Program-made: the position numbers and the translations under genes
Assembly (NCBI GenBank): GCA_043228905.1
Contig: JBHGNT010000009.1
Coordinates: 2,728,001-2,792,000 of the forward strand
Reading direction: 5' to 3'
Source of the DNA: Azolla caroliniana
Taxonomy: Eukaryota > Plantae > Polypodiophyta
DNA: 64,000 bases
In this document: in pieces, positions 50,485-62,990 of the stretch
How positions within the stretch are numbered: position 1 is the first letter of the stretch
Layout of the letters: each line of letters begins with the position of its first letter
Notes under the pieces: generated by a model
Database searches by the model: none
The model's input: only the letters and a program-made list of their open reading frames with translations
What the model was told of the DNA's origin: nothing

Positions 50485-50776
50485 TTCTCAATTTGAGATA
50501 TTGAGAATTCCAACATAATTGGGATATATACAATGCCTTTGATGGTTGATAATAGACAAGGACTTAAGTTGTTTTGGGAAATTTGAAGGGAGTATTGATT
50601 TGGCATTTTTGCTTATTATTAGTGCAAGAAGAGATTTGCTTTGCAATGAGCAATTTGAGTGATCTTCTTGCCTATTGGCGGTTCGACATATCACACAACT
50701 CATGTAGTGGTGGCACTAAATTATTTTAATACCAAAGAGTTGTTTGCATGAAATGAATAATTGGGTGTTTTCACAC

Positions 50777-50777
<1 letters not shown>
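50485..50777 (+). mobile_element. Second, diverged 3'-end copy of the same LINE family, ending in (CA)n
   Basis: GAGATATTG..CATAATTGG.ATAT..CAATGC.TTTG..TTGAAGGGAGTA.T.AT..TCTTGCC.ATTGGC and the terminus TAATTG.GTGTTTTCAC align with 50048-50341. Confidence 0.75.
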
Positions 50778-50816
<39 letters not shown>

Positions 50817-50929
50817 ATGATAATACTTAGTCCATGTGGCCAATATGACCCACGAGATGAACAATCATAGAGGCGGAGGACTTTAAAATGGTAGAGAAAA
50901 AAGAAAAAGTGAAGCTTACTTTGTTTTCG

Positions 50930-51410
50930 AATTTCACTGTTTGAATGTTCCATGAGTTTGGTTCTCTAGTTGAGTAGATGAGAAAAGAACTAGTACAACC
51001 TTGTAGAAATTCGTGAAAAAGTATGCATGATGCCATCATATGCGAGGTTTTTGCATTTCACTCTTTGGATGTTCCACGAGTTTGGCTCTAAGGACAATTA
51101 GATGACAAAAGAACTAATACAACCTTGCAAGAATTCCTGAAAACCATGCATGATGTTGTCATATGCAAGGTTTGAAAATTTCACTCAATAGATGTTCCAT
51201 GAGTTTGGCTTTATAGATAGGTAGATGGTTGGTACAAACTATGTAGGAATTCCTGAAAACTATGCATGACGTTGTGATATCCGAGGTTTCCGAATTTCAC
51301 TCTTTGGATGTTCCATGAGTTTGGCTCTATGGACAATTAGATAAAAAAAGGACTAGTACTAACATTGTACAAATTCCTGAAAACCATGGATGACTTTGTC
51401 ATTTGTGAGG
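50930..51410. repeat. Tandem repeat, about 120 bp x4
   Basis: ATTTCACT.TTTGGATGTTCCATGAGTTTGGCTCTA..AGAACTAGTACAACCTTG..AATTCCTGAAAA..ATGCATGA units start near 50930, 51055, 51176 and 51293. Confidence 0.9.
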
Positions 51411-52636
51411 AAACTAGGTATGAGAGATGGGTGGTTGTGGTGGGGGGGTTTGTCTCTGTCATACGGTACCTCGAAGCATTTTACCTTGCCATAAGATCCT
51501 TCCTAGTCGGAAAATTGACACTGTTCCTAGGAACTTTGCCCAACATTGGCCAGGACAACAATGGTTTTTTGTATAAGCCATAATTTTTTAATATACATGA
51601 ATTTTACGAAGAAAGAAAAAAGAAAGAAGAAAGAGATATATATTACTGTCTTCTACGACCAAATTTGGCCCATGATGTGTACTCAATCATCGAAAAATAA
51701 AAATAACAATAAAATTTTAAAAAAAAGAAAAAAAAGAAAAAAAAGAAAGAGTTTTAGCATGGTACAAAGATATTATGTGGTGTAGCATGTTCTGTAAAGG
51801 AAATGGCTGTGTTGAGAATACTTTCATGTCCTTCCAAGTCTCTCGAAAAAGAGAAGGGGGTTGAAGGGTTTCGATGTAAATGGTATCCTAATCATGGCTA
51901 TATGCTTAGATTAGTTTCATTTCCATCCAAGTCTCTAAAAAAACAACGGGGGATTGAAGGGTTTCAAAGTAAAAAAGAAAACGAAAAAGGAAAAAGGGTT
52001 TTAGCATGGTACAAAGACGTTATGTGGTGTAGCATGTTCTATAAAGGAAAGGGTTATGTGAGAGTGGCCCATGGTCTCAATGCAAATGGTATCATGACCA
52101 TAGCTTCTAGGCAGGGTAACTCATAGTCCCTTGTCTTCTTAATTGCTTCTACATGATGAGTGACTTTGAACACCAATATCCGAGGGCATTTGGTTGCTCT
52201 TTGGTTTTCTGCTTCAACAAGGGAGAGGGCGAGTGGTGCAAGTGTGTCCATGTTTATCGTCTCCCCTTGTCCCTGGAAAAATTTAGCAGATTACAGATTG
52301 GTAAACATTAGAAAGGTTATGGTTAACATTTTGTAGCTTTATCTCTCAATGCCATTTTAGCTCTAAGATATACCAACCTAGCGCCTTTATGTCCGAGGTG
52401 TCCAATAACTGGGAGAGGGTCCAAGTATGTCTTGACGTTTTTTTTCTTATCTCAATCTAAGTTGGACATTTGCATATAAAATGATACTCATCGTCTACCT
52501 CTATATGACATAATCTATATATCCTTTCCTCTTTGGGAACTCCATTAGCAAGACCAATTTCATTCTCAAGTTGGTGGGATAATACTCTTACGTTGTCTAA
52601 TGGCAATCCTTAGTGCATTTGCTAAGAACATTGGAC

Positions 52637-52704
<68 letters not shown>

Positions 52705-52711
<7 letters not shown>

Positions 52712-52800
52712 AAGAAATATTAATGTCTTCTAAGACCAAAATTGGCCCATGAGACAATTAATTTACAACAAAAATGGGGTATTTACCCATTCATCGAAAG
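52705..52800 (-). mobile_element. Short retroposon 3'-end copy (second subfamily) next to (GA)n
   Basis: AAAGAAATATTAATGTCTTCTAAGACCAAAATTGGCCCATGAGAC..GGTATTTACCCATTCAT; further copies at 62312-62400 and 62890-62990. Confidence 0.65.
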
Positions 52801-52819
52801 GGTGAGAGAGAGCCAAAAT

Positions 52820-53292
52820 GGATGTAGCTCAAATGGAGACATGGTGGTCATGGGTTCAACCCCTACATTCCTTAGTCGCATCTAGTGAGTGTGTGTGAGA
52901 GAGAGAGAGAGCGCACAAATGGATGTAGCTCAAATGTTAGGGTTGCCCAATGGAGACCTGGTGGTCATGGGTTCAACCACCACTTTCCATAGTGGCATCT
53001 AGTGATATAAGATATATCTATGGAGTAATAAAGAGGTGAGAAAATTGGGTTTTAAACCTAATATGTAGTCCTACTAAGCTAGATAGTGGTATCTAGTGAT
53101 ATAAGATACATCTATGGAGTAATAAAGAGGTGAGAGAATTGGGTTTCGAACCCAATATGTAGTGCTAGTAAGCTACATACATAGCTTACCACTAGCGTAA
53201 TTTAATTACCTTTAAAGGAGAGCTCAAATGGTAAGGTTGCCCAATGGAGACTTGGTGGTCATGGGTTCAACCCTTACATTCCATAGTGGCAT
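52820..53292 (+). mobile_element. Cluster of tRNA-derived SINE-like units (52820-52888, 52921-53005, 53217-53292) plus an intervening duplicated unit
   Basis: A-box-like GGATGTAGCTCAAATGG and B-box-like GGGTTCAACC; the head resembles plant tRNA-Ala, but there is no intact cloverleaf. Confidence 0.65.
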
Positions 53293-53406
53293 TTGGGGAA
53301 ATATAGGGGCATTTCCTGGAAAGGGCATTTGGGGAAATAGCAAAAGTGTAGGGGCATCTTCTTCTATCTCCATATATCATGATGATGATGTGCAGGAGAC
53401 ACCGCC

Positions 53407-54576
53407 ATGTACGCTCCTCTGCGAGCCTTACACTCTGAGTTTTCTGCGAGGTATTCATCTCTCTCTCTCTATCCCAACTCACACACATACAGAGAGAGAG
53501 AGAGATCTGTGATTCTTTACCATTCTTAACTCCTCCCTCTGCGTTTCTTCATCTCTTTCAGGTATGCAACCCTCCCACGGAGGTTTGTGTTAAGTAGGAG
53601 AAGTCATCTCTCAAGGGCATCATCCTCATCTTCATCACCATCCATGGAGCATGAGCTGAAAGTGGTAAGTCCATCTCATACTCGCGTAGGATGGATTGGA
53701 ACAGGTGTGATGGGTCAATCCATGTGTGGACACATCTTAGCTGCAGGTTACACCGTCTTTGTATACAATCGAACCCCAAGCAAGGCTGAGGATCTATGTA
53801 AAAATGGTGCAATTATGTTAGATAGTCCTCGATCTGTGGCTCAGCAAAGCGATGTTGTATTCACCATTGTTGGATACCCAAAAGATGTGGAAGAAGTTGT
53901 ATTAGGAGGAAATGGGATCTTGAAAGGTTTGAAACCCAAGGGTATCTTTGTTGACATGACCACTAGCGATCCAACTCTCGCGAAAAGGATATTTTCGGCC
54001 GCAGGGGATTCCTTTTGTCATGCGGTTGATGCCCCCGTCTCTGGTGGCGACATTGGTGCCAGGAATGCCACACTGTCTATCTTTGCTGGGGGAAATGAAG
54101 ACATAATCACATCATTGAAACCTCTCTTTTCATGTTTGGGATCGGTTAATTATATGGGTGGCCCTGGTAATGGTCAGCACACCAAGCTCGGAAACCAGAT
54201 TATCATCGCATCCACCATGGTTGGCCTCATAGAAGGTATGATATTTGCTACCAAATCTGGCCTAGATATCACACTCTATTTGCAAGCCATCTCAGAAGGT
54301 TTTGCTGGGTCTAAATCATTGCAATTATATGCTTCTCGGTTGTTGAAACGAGATCTTAGACCCGGTTTCTATGTGAATCACTTTGTTAAAGATTTAGGTC
54401 TTGCCATAGAAGAGTGTCGACACATGGGTCTTTCGCTTCCAGGACTTCTGTTGGCTCAACAGCTTTATGGATCGTTGAGAGCGCATGGTGAAGGTGACCT
54501 TGGAACGCAAGCATTGGTGTTAGCCCTCGAGCGCTTAAACAATGTTCAACTTCCCATAACTGATGGCAAATTTTAA
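53407..54576 (+). CDS. 3-hydroxyisobutyrate dehydrogenase-like / beta-hydroxyacid dehydrogenase with organellar targeting peptide, about 352 aa; exons 53407-53450 and 53562-54576
   Basis: Rossmann motif VGWIGTGVMG, substrate motif VDAPVSGG, catalytic GNGQHTKLGNQ and HFVKDLGLA. The start ACCGCCATG at 53407 splices AG|GTATTC...TTTCAG|G in frame, giving the Arg/Ser-rich presequence MYAPLRALHSEFSARYATLPRRFVLSRRSHLSRASS. Confidence 0.93.
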
Positions 54577-55899
54577 CGGTCATACCTAGTATATGGTATG
54601 AATGGCTGTAATTTGTATATGATATGGATGGACATCTTCTCTTGTTCTGTTTGGAAGAAGAAAACATGGTCAGTTCTACAATGTACCATTGATTTTCTTA
54701 AATATTGGAATAGTAATGGTACATGAATTATATGAATGCCACTTTTACACCTTCGTTTGTGTGGGACTTCCTCAGATACTGTTGAAGATAGGGGATTGAA
54801 ATGGTTATTTGTGAATCTTATGAACCATTTTCTTATGGGGGGACACCGAGCTAACTTATTTGCACCAATTGGGCACATAATTTTCTGTAAGATTGTAGAA
54901 GCTAAAGCTCCTATAGTCCATACCTATATCATCTGATCTAAGTCAGCAGGATATGAAATCCAAACAAAACGTGTTCACTTGAAATAAATACAAGTACTCT
55001 TGGGACATGGCTTCTTGCACATTTGAATAAAGATGAGAACATGATGAATGACAATTTTGCTAACAATGAACACCCCTTCTGACAAATGTTTCCTACATCT
55101 GCAAGATTTAACTTGTGTTTGTATGGCAACGTAGCTTTCATTTGTAATCTTGTGCTTTGGATATACCAAGTTACCAATTGTTTGACCGCAGAAAAAAAAT
55201 TGTAATGTGAATATGTGAATAGTATGTAAGTTTTTTTTGGGGGGGGGGGGGGGGAGGGGGGGTTAGTATTAATTAACTTATAGGTAAACTAAAGCTTAAC
55301 ATCCAACTAAATATAAAAACTTTAGGGTCACACTAATTTTGCCATAAATGGAAGTAAATAACTGAATGTGTCCATATATACGATTTCTCAATTGTCACAT
55401 CTGAAAAGCATATTTGTAATACACAAGGCATTCTCATATGTGATTGATCTTTTTTACCACGATTTTGATTGAGGTATGATGATATTATCCTTTGTTAACA
55501 CGACCAATTTATATAAAGGTCAACCTTTACATCAGCATGCAAGCCCACCATACCATATGGTGTTGATGTGCAAATAGTGTAGAATGTGCCCTCTAAAGAG
55601 TCCCATCATAACATGAAACCATATTCAAATGGCCAAGAATCGCACATGTTCTTTTTTATGTTCACCACATTCATATTGTCATTGTCATTCTCTTTCTTTC
55701 AAGCATTTATTACTTACCTTGGCCTTACCTTACCCATAGCACACCACCATCATACAAGAGCTATGTTTGTTGACAAAGATTGCCCTAGTACCTTAGCTAG
55801 CTTCTATAGTATTTGCCTCATAGTGTTAATTTGCACTTTTCTACTTTGCTCTTCAATGGTTGATCCATTATTTTCACTTTGGAAGTTTTTAAGAAACCG

Positions 55900-57900
55900 A
55901 CACCTTATTTGAAGACACATTCAAAAGTGCCTATATGGTCAAGGTACACAACTCAATCACAGTAGCCTTGTTGATTGACTATGGTACACAACTCAATGTT
56001 AAGATTTGGTACCAAGATTGAATAGGTGAAGTTTCAACTTCTCTCCATTAACTTTCTTTAAGCTTAGACATAAAAATTAACCTTCTTCTAGGCTACACAT
56101 GTTGGATGTACTTTCTTTTCCTAGATAACATGATCTCTTGGTCTAAATGCCAAATTTATCACCTTCTCGTCATGTAATTCTTGTTCCATGAACTATGTGA
56201 TTTTGGTTATCCAATAGACTTGTTCTTTAGTTGAAAATACATTGGGAATGCTAATGTCATTGTGTGTAGTGTGGGAATAAGCACCATTTCCAATTTCAAC
56301 TAAAACATGCATTCTCAATTGAGTCATTTGTTTCATATTTGAATTAGGCTCAAATGGGCGAAACTCGAAACCCTTCTTTTATGTTCATGGAAACTTGTTA
56401 TGCTCAAGTCCATGCATATGACAAATCAAGCTTGCTCACCCAAATTGTTCATTCTCAAGACGAACAGTAGTACAAACATTCAAGACAAGTTTTAGAAAAA
56501 CCATGAACATATTCGGTATTGGAAGCATTAAAAAAGACAATAGCTATATAGATACTAAATGCTTGGAAAATGATACATTGGGTTATGATCAAACACATTT
56601 TATTTAATATCCTTAAACGTTACAAATGTCTAAGATGCACAAAATGTTTTGAGAAATATAAACTATAAAGAGTGTGTTTGAACTTGCGTTTAGAAATCAT
56701 GGCCAATTTTACCAACATATGTTGTTTTGGCAATGTGATGATGTATTGGTGAAACGGTGGATCATCAAGTCCAGGTTATTGAGTGAATGCATTTCATGGC
56801 TTTCTCTTAGTATACCTAGTTTGAATTGTGCTTGAAATTGCAAACAAATTGATTTGTTATGCCTTGGTGGATGGATGGATTGTTGATTATTGTTGGTGAA
56901 AACAATAAAGATTTCATGACGGTGAACACTTGATGTCACCCAGAACAACATGATGCATTGATAGATTTTCCTATTGGTTTAAAAGATAAATTTCTTCTCG
57001 GCCTCTAGAATGATGCATTAATGATTGGCAACAGCATAGATTTGAAATCTTGGTGATGGACTTCTCTTGTACAACTACAATGGAATTGTCTCGTTCTTGC
57101 TTGAAATTTCAATCTACTTCATGCACAAGGAAGTTTTCCATCGGTTAACCAAGTAGTTTGTTAAAGAATGAGCTTCTATAGGAATGTGCTAATGATTGGA
57201 ATTTGGTGGATTGATGGATTGTTGAAATCTAGGTTGAGAAATCTTGACTCTTAATGATAGTACCCAATTGATTGCCCCGAGCACAATGTGGTGGCTTTGT
57301 TTATGGTTTCACTAGAAATTTACAAAATCCCATGCAATGTCACAATGATTGGTTGATGTATGGATTAACAAAGTTTGGACTAAAAAGTTAGAACACACAA
57401 ATATCAACTCTTGGCGACATCTCATGGATTTCCCATTGTACAATACGATGGTGGTGTTGATGTGTTATTCGTCAAGAAACATGGTTGCTTTGTTATGCGT
57501 TCTTGTTAGAAATCCCTAACAACTCATCAATTCCCTACGCATGGGCTGTTTAAAATATCAATCCAATCACTAAAGTGAGACACAATAACCTATAATGATG
57601 ATGACTTTTAATTCATATATTAGAGTCCAACACATGGATTTGTCGATGGGCTTTCTTGATAGAAATTATGATAACACACATGTCCTCGTCTTTGTTTTTG
57701 GTTTCACGGTATGATGCACACTAATTGATGGCCAGATGAATGGAGCCTTGTTGAGAATTCCAAACTCTAGTTAAGGGTTTGGCAAGCTATGATATGATTG
57801 CCTCCTTGAATTGTGATGACCACATTTCTTAGTCGTCTTGCAAGGTTTCCTCGACCAAATAGTTACCGAAATATGCAAGACCTCTAAAATAGGGGGAAAA
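55900..57900 (+). mobile_element. Highly decayed Ty3/gypsy pol remnant
   Basis: Scattered fragments in protease-RT-RNaseH-integrase order (LIDYG.., CD at about 56735, LTKF and HGFP at about 57365-57435). Heavily mutated; boundaries approximate. Confidence 0.45.
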
Positions 57901-59549
57901 CACTTTTAACTACTCTAAACCATTGACCTTATTGGGTATTTTACATGATGTAACCAAGAGCTCTACCATTGAGGTCACACTCAAAAGTGCCAACTTTACC
58001 AAGGAACATGGATAGGATTGAACAACTAGGACCTTTACAATCATCATAAACAAAGATAGTAACACAATGCAATTGTAGAATTATGTAGCAAACTATGGTA
58101 TTCTGATTAAACTTGAAAACTTGACCGACATCCGGGGTGGGGTAGGAGGGAGATCAAAAGCAAGGGATGAAATCATAAGCGTATTCCGGCTCAAACTTCA
58201 GGAATGCAAAAGGACATTATGATAGGAACACCCAACAAAAAAAAAAGTAAGGTAGGGTCATCATTTGTATATATATATATACACTTGAAAGTTGAGACAA
58301 ATGTAAGCCAGTGGGGTAAATCTTTGTATTTGGTTTGGTTGGGTATCTTAACCAAGTAAATAATAAGAGTGATGGTAGTAGTGGTATAGTGCATTGTTTT
58401 CATATGATACATAATTTATTCTTTTCAATGGAAACCAGTCTTGTCTTGTCTTGTAACACTCACTTTGTAATGATGTGGTATATATGAATGAATATATATA
58501 AAATATATGCATAGTAAATGTCCTCTCATTTTCTTCCTTTTTTCTTGAAACCATAAAAAAAAAAACCCCATCTCCTCCCTCCATTCACCATAAATACAAG
58601 ATAAAAGTGAAAAGATATGTCTCATTACATGAAGAGATTTGATATGTGTATATAAATATACAAATATTGAACTGTCATCCTTTGTGGTGAAATCCAGGAC
58701 CTCAGAAAAATCCATTTCCACTTAGTATAGTGGGGGGAGGGGGGGGGGGGGGTTAGGGTAGTGACTCTTTGAATATTGCAATCAATTGTGATTGTGAAAG
58801 CAATGTGCCATGGTGCCATGTCTAGGTATTGGACCAGATTAATAATATGCAGTAGTAAAGACATACTCAAATGCGATCGATCATAAGGCGCAGGAGCTAT
58901 TGGATCGGGTGCATGACATTCAGACTTCAGAAACTTGTTCATTGTCTCACACTGAAGTGTAAACATGCGAAGAGGTCGAATTGAATGAAACATGAACTTT
59001 TTATTTTTAAGCCATCATACCCAAGCCATTTAAAAACACAAACACAAATCTACTTTAAGACTTATAAAAAAGAACCCCCCCAAAAGCAATGCTAAAAATA
59101 GATGAGAAGTAAGTATGTAAGTTACCAAAGAAGCCATATTTGATCAAATTTATACAATGAGAGAGAAAGTTAGCCAAACAACAAAAATGAGTGTTCATGG
59201 GTGGAATCTTGATGAAGATGGTTTCCCAAATACTTAAGGTCACATAATGTGCTACTCTCATCATGAAACATTATTGAATCACCCTCTCTCTGGATGGATC
59301 CTCCCTCATGGAACCGAACAATTGCACCGCACCATCCGAGTCTTACAATTGATAGTAACTCGACTACATTTTGTCGAATCAAAATCTTTGACACCCAGTT
59401 CCATGGGGTTTTGGGTGTGTGGGGGAGGGGGGTTGCAGTTCACAGATCAAATGCTGACAAGTATAAGGACTGATAACCCAAAATTGCACTCATTTCGTCG
59501 CAGCCATATCTTTTTTTGTCAATTGCCTCGACACTTCCCCACACCAAAT

Positions 59550-61565
59550 TCATGAATCGGTCCCCACAGGGCTTGATCCAGGCTCTTTCTGATTGGATTC
59601 TTTGCAATGAGCAATGGCACCTTGCAAGGAGCTCCGCATTTCTTGCATCGTGCTCATCCCGTTGTTGTAATTAGCATCCGAAGCTTTCATATCGGAATTC
59701 CTGGGGTTTTTACACTTCCCATGAGTACCACGGGAAACCTTGGAATTAGAAACACGATCACCGCAAGGCAAGGATGCATTGGCAGACCGGAGACCCGAGG
59801 ATGGTACCAACTTGATCGAGGACATGTTGGCATACAAACCCGAGGATGAGCGGGCAAGTTCGCGTTCATCAATGCCTTGCTTATTGTCCGAGCCGGCATT
59901 GGTACGGCCGATGGAACCTAATCCGAAGCTTGGCCTTTCAGACATGAGTAGGCCATGGCTATGGCCCTGATGAGGAGGTGAAGAGGATCGATCATGACGA
60001 GCCAGCATTGGAGAATTCGATACGATATCACATGCATTCTTGCCGCCACAATACTCATCAATGTAGCTGAACCGGAACCTCCGCCCCATCATAAGGCCTC
60101 TCTTCATCTCATAGAGGGGTTTTAGTTTCCTTGCGAATGTTAGCCACTTTACATTCAGATCTGCATTATCCCTGGAGGTCGTTGAATCGATATGACCATC
60201 AAAGGATTGTCCACGGCTTTGTTCTCGCTCTTCGAATTCCTTGTCGGGGGAAGCATTGTCTGCATTTGAGAACCATGGCATAATGTCTACCATCGGCTTG
60301 AGCTTTGAGGTTCGTGGCTTCGAGGATAACCACAATCGGCCGATCCCACCATCAGCTGAATCTGTTATCAGTGAGGTTTCAGGGGTGTGATGCATTATCT
60401 GATTTGATTCAGCCATTGAATTGCCCATTATAAGCTTCGATAACCTCGGGTTAATCTCACCTAAAGAATCTTTTGATCCCTTCAGGATCGATGCGCCAGG
60501 CTTCAAGATCCGGTTAATATCAGCCATTATATCTGTTGTTGATGCCCTGGGATTTGGAGACCGGTTAATAATCTTGGCCATGGTATCATTCCATAGCATG
60601 GAGGCCGGATTGTCGACACAGTATTGGCTCATCTCAGCCCCAGGTGTGGGAGGCCACACCATTTCGTGCCGATCCATACAAATCTGATACTTTGACAAAT
60701 CCTCAGAATAAGAGATGACCCTGGAATCATGGAATCTCATCACGATTTCAGGAACCTTCTTCTGCTTCTTCCTCTGCTTCCCCATTAGCCTTGAAAGCAT
60801 AGCTTTCCATACAAAAAGACTTTCAAGGAGCTTCCCCTTCATACAAGCCGAATGCTTCGAGTTTGTATTGTCATTCCGGTTATTATTCTGGGAAATCATG
60901 TTCTTGTATGCATGGTTGCAGTTACTTGTATGATGGTGATTGTATGAATCTTGAGAGCTTCCATTGGAGTCTCTTGAGCTATCCCAGAAGCTAGAGCTAT
61001 TTTGTGACCTAAAGCTTGAGCACCTGTTTACATTAGATGCATAACTATTAATGTTAGAAGCTGGAACATTAGGGTTAGGGTTAACCTTCTTCCCTGTATT
61101 ATATTTCAAATGACTCGCAAGGTTCAATCCAGTATTAGCCAGCTGCATATCTTCATCATTTCCTCCGTCTTTTCCTCCAGCTTCTCCTTCATCTTTCTCA
61201 TTAGTATCATCATCCCCTTCTTCTTCGTTGGCTTCTTTTTCTGCGCTGTCATTAGCGTCCACGGAAGAGCAATTAGAGAGAGACTGAAGAAGGTGAAGCC
61301 TTGGATGGGGTTGCAGAGGGAGGATTTGGCCTTTGAAGAAGAGTTCATCTGCAGGGGCAATGTATGTATGTTCACTGTCACTGTTAGAATTACTGACAGA
61401 AGCATTATTAGCTAGTACGCAATCATCCGCGGTTATGCTTTGATCAACATCTTGAATCTCAGAGCTAACGAGATGATGATGATGATGATGATGATAAGCA
61501 TTGAATCCAATGAAGAAGCTGGAATGGTCTTGACAAGGTAAGGAAGTGGAGGAGGTAAAGTCCAT
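59550..61565 (-). CDS. Membrane-associated kinase regulator (MAKR/BKI1 family) protein, 671 aa, intronless
   Basis: N-terminal APADELFFKGQILPL motif, basic patches (GKQRKKQKK, ARKLKPLY) and C-terminal SSLQGAIAHCKES, all characteristic of MAKR proteins. Confidence 0.88.
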   Translation of the reverse strand: MDFTSSTSLPCQDHSSFFIGFNAYHHHHHHHLVSSEIQDVDQSITADDCVLANNASVSNSNSDSEHTYIAPADELFFKGQILPLQPHPRLHLLQSLSNCSSVDANDSAEKEANEEEGDDDTNEKDEGEAGGKDGGNDEDMQLANTGLNLASHLKYNTGKKVNPNPNVPASNINSYASNVNRCSSFRSQNSSSFWDSSRDSNGSSQDSYNHHHTSNCNHAYKNMISQNNNRNDNTNSKHSACMKGKLLESLFVWKAMLSRLMGKQRKKQKKVPEIVMRFHDSRVISYSEDLSKYQICMDRHEMVWPPTPGAEMSQYCVDNPASMLWNDTMAKIINRSPNPRASTTDIMADINRILKPGASILKGSKDSLGEINPRLSKLIMGNSMAESNQIMHHTPETSLITDSADGGIGRLWLSSKPRTSKLKPMVDIMPWFSNADNASPDKEFEEREQSRGQSFDGHIDSTTSRDNADLNVKWLTFARKLKPLYEMKRGLMMGRRFRFSYIDEYCGGKNACDIVSNSPMLARHDRSSSPPHQGHSHGLLMSERPSFGLGSIGRTNAGSDNKQGIDERELARSSSGLYANMSSIKLVPSSGLRSANASLPCGDRVSNSKVSRGTHGKCKNPRNSDMKASDANYNNGMSTMQEMRSSLQGAIAHCKESNQKEPGSSPVGTDS

Positions 61566-61769
61566 GATTGCTTGCTTGCTTGCTTGCTTTTTTTAGGGTA
61601 AGATATTAAGTACTACTGCACATGCATACTGATGAGGAGCAGTTTTGAAGAAATGAGTGTGGGTGGGTGGGTGTTGAGATGAGGAAACAGAGGAGTGAGA
61701 AGAACACAAAAAGAAGATGAAGATGAAGATGAAGAAGATGATGATGATGATGATGATCACGAAGAAGCA

Positions 61770-61930
61770 GAGGATTAAGGGCAGGAAGAAGCAGAAACTG
61801 AGTGAGGATTAAGGGCATGAAGAAGAAGAAAACTTTGGGATTAAAGGAGAAACTGAGTGAGGATTAAGGGGATGAAGAAGAAGAAAACTTTGGGATTAAA
61901 GGACAGATACACGAAGAAGAAGAAGAAACC
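61770..61930. repeat. Short tandem repeats in the presumed MAKR 5' leader
   Basis: GAGGATTAAGGG..GAAGAAGAAGAAAACTTTGGGATTAAAGG repeated. Confidence 0.75.
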
Positions 61931-62188
61931 GGTGATGATCATGAAAGAAGAAGAAACTGAGGATTGGAAGAAGGAGGATGGGAAGGAACAGAGGATTTAT
62001 TTAGGTCACAGCTCTGAGGAAGGTAACAACAGAGTATGTCTGCATTTAATTCATTAGATCATAGCTTGTAGGGGAGGAGGAGATGGTCTATCAGTCTACA
62101 TGTATTAAAGATGAATGTATGTATGTATATATAATATGTGTGTGCATGTATGTAACATGCTATGCATGCATGCATATGTATATGTATA

Positions 62189-62297
62189 TGTATTTTGTAT
62201 TTTGTATTTTGTATTTTGTATTTTGTATTTTGTATTTTGTATTTTGTATTTTGTATTTTGTATTTTGTATTTTGTATTTTGTATTCGTATTTGTATT
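62189..62297. repeat. (GTATTTT)n heptanucleotide repeat
   Basis: Directly visible. Confidence 0.95.
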
Positions 62298-62311
62298 ATG
62301 TAGAGAGCTAG

Positions 62312-62400
62312 ATAGAAAGAAAGAAAGATATATTAACGTCCTCTAAGACCAAAATTGGCCCATGAGACCAAAAAAAATGGGGTATTTACCCATTCATGGA
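62312..62400 (-). mobile_element. Short retroposon 3'-end copy (second subfamily)
   Basis: AGAAAGATATATTAACGTCCTCTAAGACCAAAATTGGCCCATGAGAC..GGGTATTTACCCATTCAT. Confidence 0.65.
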
Positions 62401-62889
62401 GAGAGCAATCATTTGTCCACCCACTCTCACTCACACACACACGTGGTAGAAGAGAGGAGGAGAGAGGTGATGCTTGTCATGAATATGCCCAAAATCTCCC
62501 CCACCCCACCAATGTCAGGGTGTGCCCATCTTCTTTCTTTCTACACAAAGCACACATGTTGCCCCTATACAATGCGTGGGCCGCCAAAGTGTGTGCATAA
62601 TGAGAAGACGAAGAAGAGGAAGGCGTGATCGCACCGCCTCTGAAGAGGCCAACGTAATGTAACCCACGTATCAGAGATGCGAACAATATAACATCCTATA
62701 GTTGGTTTGCTTGTTCGAGATATGAAATTTAAGAAATGTTATATAGAGGTAAAATGACTAATAGAACATACTAACTATAATTACAATTGTTGTATAGTTT
62801 CACTTATGCACACCATCTATAGTTCATATTGATATACATAGATATATAGCCCCATCAATATACATCACCTAAATGTGAGAGAGAGAGAG

Positions 62890-62990
62890 AGAAAGAAAGA
62901 AAGATATATTTACGTTTTCTAAGGCCAAAATTGGCCCATGAGACAATTGGTTTACAACAAAATGGGATATTTACCCATTCATCGAAAGTA
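62890..62990 (-). mobile_element. Short retroposon 3'-end copy (second subfamily) next to (GA)n
   Basis: AAAGATATATTTACGTTTTCTAAGGCCAAAATTGGCCCATGAGACAATT..TTTACCCATTCATCGAAAG. Confidence 0.65.

Noticed and set aside
61069-61084. Telomere-like TTAGGG repeats
   Set aside because: They encode NPNPN inside the MAKR reading frame.
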